The notes below the pieces were generated by a model. That model searched no databases, was not told the DNA's origin, and was given only the letters and a program-made list of their open reading frames with translations. Both the position numbers and the translations under genes were made by a program. This document shows, in pieces, positions 59,101 to 64,000 of a stretch of DNA of 64,000 nucleotides (position 1 is the stretch's first letter; the number at the start of each line of letters is the position of its first letter). The stretch comes from Bugula neritina (taxonomy: Eukaryota > Animalia > Bryozoa). The stretch spans positions 6,376,722 through 6,440,721 of the forward strand of contig OZ037766.1 in the NCBI GenBank assembly GCA_964035545.1, in the 5' to 3' direction.

Positions 59101-62100
59101 CTACTACTATCATTTGTGTATTTCATATTTAGATTTCTTTTTTGTACATTAGTACTGTTATTTATGGTCTCAAAAATCTAGAAATTGGGCAATAAAATCA
59201 ACTGCCCATCTTTGAATTGTCAGTAAATCCAGCACCGTTGATTTTTGTTCTGGTTAGTCGGTATTTGCAGTACTTGGTTGTTTTCAATACTGCAATATTA
59301 GTAATAATGGGCGTAATGATTATTAAAAATGATTATAATCTTGTTGTTTATTACCCTAATTAATATGTTTATTATTGTTGAATAATAATTATATAAACCA
59401 AGTCGAAATCACAACATTCAAGATAATGGTATAGACTTGTGAGTCTTAAAATGTTAGCATTTGAACATTAATATATATTATAGGATGGTAAGCAGCTCAA
59501 ATAGAAACATAAACTTGTATGATAGATTTAGGCCTAGCTGTTTTGAAAAAGAGTTCTTCAAATCCTCTATTTCTCGCTACCAATAAAAACGTACTAACTG
59601 CTATAAGACCAGATAACAGTCTTTGAAACACTATTGAGCACTGGCTCGGCACCAATAATATACAGTGATTGACCTTCACCTTCTATTCTCTTCCATATAG
59701 GTTGCCAGTGCCCTTGTGTCCATCTCAATATCAGATGTCAATGACAACGACCCCCAATTTGCGTCCCCTGTATACGAGTTTACCGTGCCGGAGAATGAAG
59801 GTGGCTATGTTGTGGGGAGTGTTTCTGCAGACGACGCAGACAGCATCAGCAGCACCCTACTCTATGAGTTTGAGTATCCCAACAGCTACTTCTCAATCGA
59901 CTCAAACGGTGTGATACGGACAACCAGGGCTTTAGACTACGAGACCCAACCACAACATAACTTTTCTGTGGAGGTGACGGACGGGCCCCCATCTCCTCGC
60001 AAAGGAAGAGCCCTGGTGATAGTCAATGTGATTGACAAAGCGGATAGTGTGCCGAGATTTGTGCAGACGACTTATAATGTGGATGTTGAGGAAGGGAAGA
60101 TTGGACCTTTTCTAACTGTAGAGGTGAGTGTAGAGAATTTGTAGAGGTATGTGTGGAGCAAGTGCAGAGGTAAGTTTAGAGGTAGTGTAGAGCAGGTATA
60201 GCTGAACCTCAGGCTTGGTTTGAAGAACTTCAAGATGTGTTGAAACACTACTGCTTCTTATACTATCATATGAGAATCCAATACCAAACAATAACAACAC
60301 TCATGCTTTTGGCATGAAATTCTTGCTAATTTTAAATTTATTAACAGAATAGTGGGCTAGGTTTGATGCTGGAAGGAAGCAACCCAAACCTAGAACCATG
60401 ACTAGCCTACTACCAATTGGAGATTACATATAAATCCTTGTGAAAATTTCACTCAACTTCTTAATTTGTTTTCATTTCTGTACGGTCTTCTTTGAAATTA
60501 TTCAAAGTACTTCATGATGTCACCTTATGCACTGTATAATAATTTATTGTTTCTCAGGCAATAGATGCTGACACCAGTCCAGCTGTCGTCTATAGAATCA
60601 TCTCGGCTGATGCCGGCTTCTTCAGCATAAACAGCCAAACTGGAGTAGTCAGTGTTGCATCACCTTTAGACTATGAGTCTACCAAGACGCACACCATCAC
60701 CATTTCTACAGATGATGGGAGGGGGCGGGTGTCACAAATTCCAGAAGCTCAGACTACGGTTAACATCAATGTATTGGTAAGGTTGTAGTGCAACTAAAAC
60801 CGGCTGAGCTATAACATGTAGTGTGATGTAATGTTGGTGTTTAGAAAATGCTCTGGTTTTTCTTAGTCAGCCACTGTAAAATCTGTTGCATCTTTAGTTA
60901 AGTGTATTTTTGGAAGTAAAATTTAATTTTTCTTTTTGTCTTTAGTGATAATTTATTCAAATGCCCTTCAAAGGGCTAAGGGTTGTTCTTCGAATATTGT
61001 TAATAATATTGTTTATGAATTCACCTGCCTTTGTTGCTGATCTCTGGTTTATATATATTTGTTTAGATTTCATTCTATATGCAAGTAAAACCAGTTTAGT
61101 TGGGAGCACTATATTTTACATAAAAGTGTTTTTATGTCATAATAATTTAATCTATGCTGCAGGATGTGAATGACAACAGTCCAGTGTTCAATGAAGTGTA
61201 TACAGCTAATGTATCAGTTGGTGCTTTAGTGGGTACTGTGGTAAAGAAGGTGGTAGTCTCAGATAAGGACACTGTAAGTATAAGCTTACAAACTTGACTA
61301 CATAAATTGTTTTATCAATTTGTTATGTTTACACATTGAAGTTGTGAAATATCTCATGCAAGTACTATTTAAAAAAAGTTAGAATGAAATTTGTCCTTTT
61401 AAATACTGAACAAGCTCATTTCCTGTATTGATCAGCCATCATTGCATTCGCCTACAATTACAAACATGGAAATTAAAAAAAAAACTTTCTCACTGTACAA
61501 AACAGTAAAGGCCTTTTCAGTTTTATCCAATTCAATTTACTTTTTTCAATTAAATAGATTTTTGTTGACAAATAAATTAAATTTGGAATTGGATTTTTAT
61601 ATTAAGAGCTAATGACAAATTTTATGTAATTAGAAAATAAACTCCCAAGTCTAAACGCTGAAGAGTAGTGAACTGATTTGACATAGTTTTTTATAACTAT
61701 TATAGGTATTGTATAGGTATAGTAAACAATCCTATAGAAGATTATATACATCACTAAAGTAATAGTAGAGCAGGTGGGGGTATAGCTCAGTGGTAGAGCA
61801 ATCGGCTGCAGTCCGATAGGCCCTGGGTTCAACTCCCAGTGCCCCCTGTTTTTTTTTCATTATTTTTTGCTGTTTTATTTTACAATTATACAAAACAGTA
61901 GGATTTAGCAGTAGGATTTATTACAAAATCTCAGGCATTATGCTTTAAGCACGTGTGAATACCCGTGTTGAGATATTCTTATTCAATAAATTTCATTATG
62001 TTTCTTTAAGCATAGTTTTGTGAATAACTATTATGTGCTGTTTTATGTAATACTGTATAAAAAATTTAAGAGTTTGCTTAAGTTTATGTGTGAAGTACTA

Positions 62101-63908
62101 GGACATTTTTATCTGTTTTATTATTTTTTTTGCTTTATTATATGTATTTTGTGTTGGCTCTATATGCTTATTTCACTACAACAATTGAAACTTGAAATCA
62201 AGATTATTTACCAGGTTGTTGAAAAGTAAAGCATTATTTTTTAGAATGCCAATGGAAAAATCAGCTACAGAATTATAGGCTCCACACCGCTACAAGGTAC
62301 AGACCATTTCTACATGATACCAGATACAGGGGAGATAATCACTAGAAGTAGTTTAACATCAAACATCTCACAGGTTTAACTCTAGTTTTAATAATCACCA
62401 TGTAGTTTACTTTTACTGGTTTTACCTTACCTGGTTTTGCCTTACCTGGTTGCCTTACCTGGTTGCTTTACCTGGATTTACTTCATCAATGATGGAGTAA
62501 TTTGTGAGAGGGTAGCCATCAGTTTAATGTTTGATAATACCACAGTGTAAGTTGTATAATCAGTATCGTCAAGAGGTTTCAAGTAACCTGTTATAAGTTC
62601 AACACTCATTATCCAATAGCCAAAGTGAATAGATTATTAAGTTAGTTGTTTATTTGTGTCTTTATTTCTGCCTCACAGTATGTATTGTCACTGGAGGCTA
62701 CAGATAATGGAAAACCACCTCTCACTGGAGAGACAACTCTTACTATCAACGTAGTTGGACTCGGCGAAAGAATGGAATTCATTGGGGCTCCTTATTCTCT
62801 TGCCATCAACTACACAGTTCCACTCGGTGCTCAAATATTTACTGTAAGTTGTTTCAATTTTATTGATTGATATGATTGCAAATTACAAAGTCTAATTTTT
62901 AGTAGGGTGTTTATGTTTTATAACATAAGCCTATGCATATTTTAAATAATATTTAGTTGTTCTTCCAAGGGAATATTTTTTGATACCCACATTGCTACAA
63001 TGTAGCATAATTATTGATTGCTGAAATAACATCATTCTGAATTTCACTAGCTTCTATGTATGTGATAGTCTAGTTTTAATATAGCTTTCAATGAAATGAA
63101 GTTTCTTGTTTTGGTACTCCATTGTTCTAATTTGAAAGAATTATCAAGTCAGGTAATCTACAGTAAATAGCGTGTTGATATTTAACTATATGGTAAATTC
63201 ACTTTATTAGCACACATTTACATGAAGCATCGGTGGTTCAGTGGTAGAATTCTCGCCTGCCACGCGGGAGGCCCGGGTTCAATTCCCGGCCGATGCATTT
63301 TTTGCCAAATTTATATTCTTTTTTTTGTTTTCTTAAAAGCCTCCTTAATTGATATTTACAGTGTTATAATACATTTTATTCATTAAATTTATTTGTTTGT
63401 CTTTTGAAATTTTGTTAATCCAACCTAAAGATCATTTATAAGTATTGAATTGAATGATAGCTAGTTGGCCAACTTAACCTGTTTTTTTTGTAAAGTATAT
63501 TGTACTATTTCAAAGGTGCCTGGCATAAGAAATGGAAACGGTGAGATTACCTACTCTCTGCAAGGGGTTGGCACTTCTGGTCAAATATTTGACATCAGTA
63601 ATGATGGAACTGTAACTGTTAGAGGGAACTTAGGAAGTGACACAACACAAAGGTATATCTAGTTAATTCATACTCATTACATTTGCGTGGAAACCCACTT
63701 GGCAGAACTGATGATATGTTTCTAATTTACAGGTACACAGTGTATATAACAGCAACAGATAGTGCTGGCTCTACTGCCACTGCACAGCTTACCATATCTG
63801 TCACCAGAAATTTGTTCTCGCCAATTATACAGCCACCACTAACTACAAACATCAACATTAGCAGAAGTCTTTCTCCGGATGTGACAATCATAAAAATCAC
63901 TGCTACTG
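50151..63908 (+). CDS. Cad99C: Cadherin-99C / protocadherin-15-like multi-cadherin-repeat protein (3'-partial, continues beyond the window)
   Basis: Exons 50151-50211 (signal peptide MLFYRLLLLSTLGSFVYAQQ), 51889-51957, 52443-52651, 54236-54328, 54941-55147, 55233-55349, 55447-55688, 55796-55925, 56161-56367, 56677-56970, 57335-57531, 57710-57845, 57997-58167, 59701-60123, 60558-60776, 61163-61273, 62245-62373, 62679-62843, 63516-63652, 63733-63908. Repeated DVNDNxPxF, LDYE and AxDxD motifs. DSDDLPPRFIYSGCTPVVNGVCLNPQY...YSIVAGSPDDY matches the Cys-loop EC3 signature of Cad99C/PCDH15 as I recall it. Confidence 0.85.
52158..52374 (-). mobile_element. tRNA(Thr-AGT)-derived SINE, copy 3
   Basis: Reverse complement reads GAAGCAGCCCTGGTTTAGGGG...TGCTTAGTAAGCACGAAGTCATGGGTTCGAACC...ACTATAAACTTGCGTGAGTTTTTTT. 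Degenerate 16-bp TSD at 52142-52157 / 52375-52390. Confidence 0.85.
58688..58769 (+). tRNA. tRNA-Leu-AAG: tRNA-Leu (AAG)
   Basis: 82-nt canonical sequence; anticodon arm CTGGT-TTAAGGC-ACCAG; long variable arm; downstream T-run terminator. Confidence 0.97.
58963..59044 (+). tRNA. tRNA-Leu-AAG: tRNA-Leu (AAG), identical second copy
   Basis: Identical to 58688-58769; TTTT terminator follows. Confidence 0.97.
61776..61847 (+). tRNA. tRNA-Cys-GCA: tRNA-Cys (GCA)
   Basis: GGGGGTATAGCTCAGTGGTAGAGC; anticodon arm ATCGG-CTGCAGT-CCGAT; T arm CTGGG-TTCAACT-CCCAG; poly-T terminator. Confidence 0.95.
62415..62481. repeat. 13-15-bp tandem repeat containing CTTACCTGG
   Basis: Directly visible, 4-5 units. 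Confidence 0.8.
63227..63297 (+). tRNA. tRNA-Gly-GCC: tRNA-Gly (GCC)
   Basis: GCATCGGTGGTTCAGTGGTAGAATTCTCGCCTGCCACGCGGGAGGCCCGGGTTCAATTCCCGGCCGATGCA followed by a T-run. Confidence 0.97.
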
Positions 63909-64000
63909 GTAAGATATTTAATGGGTAAAATCAACTACATAAGAATTTAATCAAGAAAAATGTTTTAATAGTAAAGAGTTGGTAATTTAGCATGCAAGCA

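Noticed and set aside
61602-61832. Minus-strand ORF MNPGPIGLQPIALPLSYTP
   Set aside because: Antisense reading of the tRNA-Cys gene.

Overview
AT-rich, intron-rich animal genomic DNA, probably a marine invertebrate of lophotrochozoan type (inferred from gene content, not proven). Six spliced protein-coding genes can be built by hand; the five complete ones give in-frame exon sums. (1) A ~1341-aa class-B/Methuselah-like 7TM receptor with a duplicated somatomedin-B/Cys-rich ectodomain (+, 2897-9794). (2) An SLC16 monocarboxylate transporter (-, 12032-21579). (3) An uncharacterised coiled-coil protein with SPR-rich termini (+, 26065-33577). (4) A PAP2-family pseudophosphatase of PLPPR type with a GC-AG intron (+, 34919-41290). 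(5) V-ATPase subunit c'' ATP6V0B with an upstream CLEAR/M-box (-, 42580-46269). (6) A Cad99C/PCDH15-like cadherin with two alternative signal-peptide exons, running off the window end and hosting four intact tRNA genes in its introns (Leu-AAG x2, Cys-GCA, Gly-GCC). Mobile DNA comprises four copies of a tRNA-Thr-derived SINE with target-site duplications, a decayed 5'-truncated RTE LINE, a TTAA/Kolobok-like MITE and a probable solo LTR. The most unusual recurrent signals are minisatellites sitting at or within ~20 nt of splice sites, and long 3/6-nt periodic AT-rich tracts next to both divergent promoters. There is no CRISPR array or prokaryotic system. All gene models are manual and unverified by transcript data.
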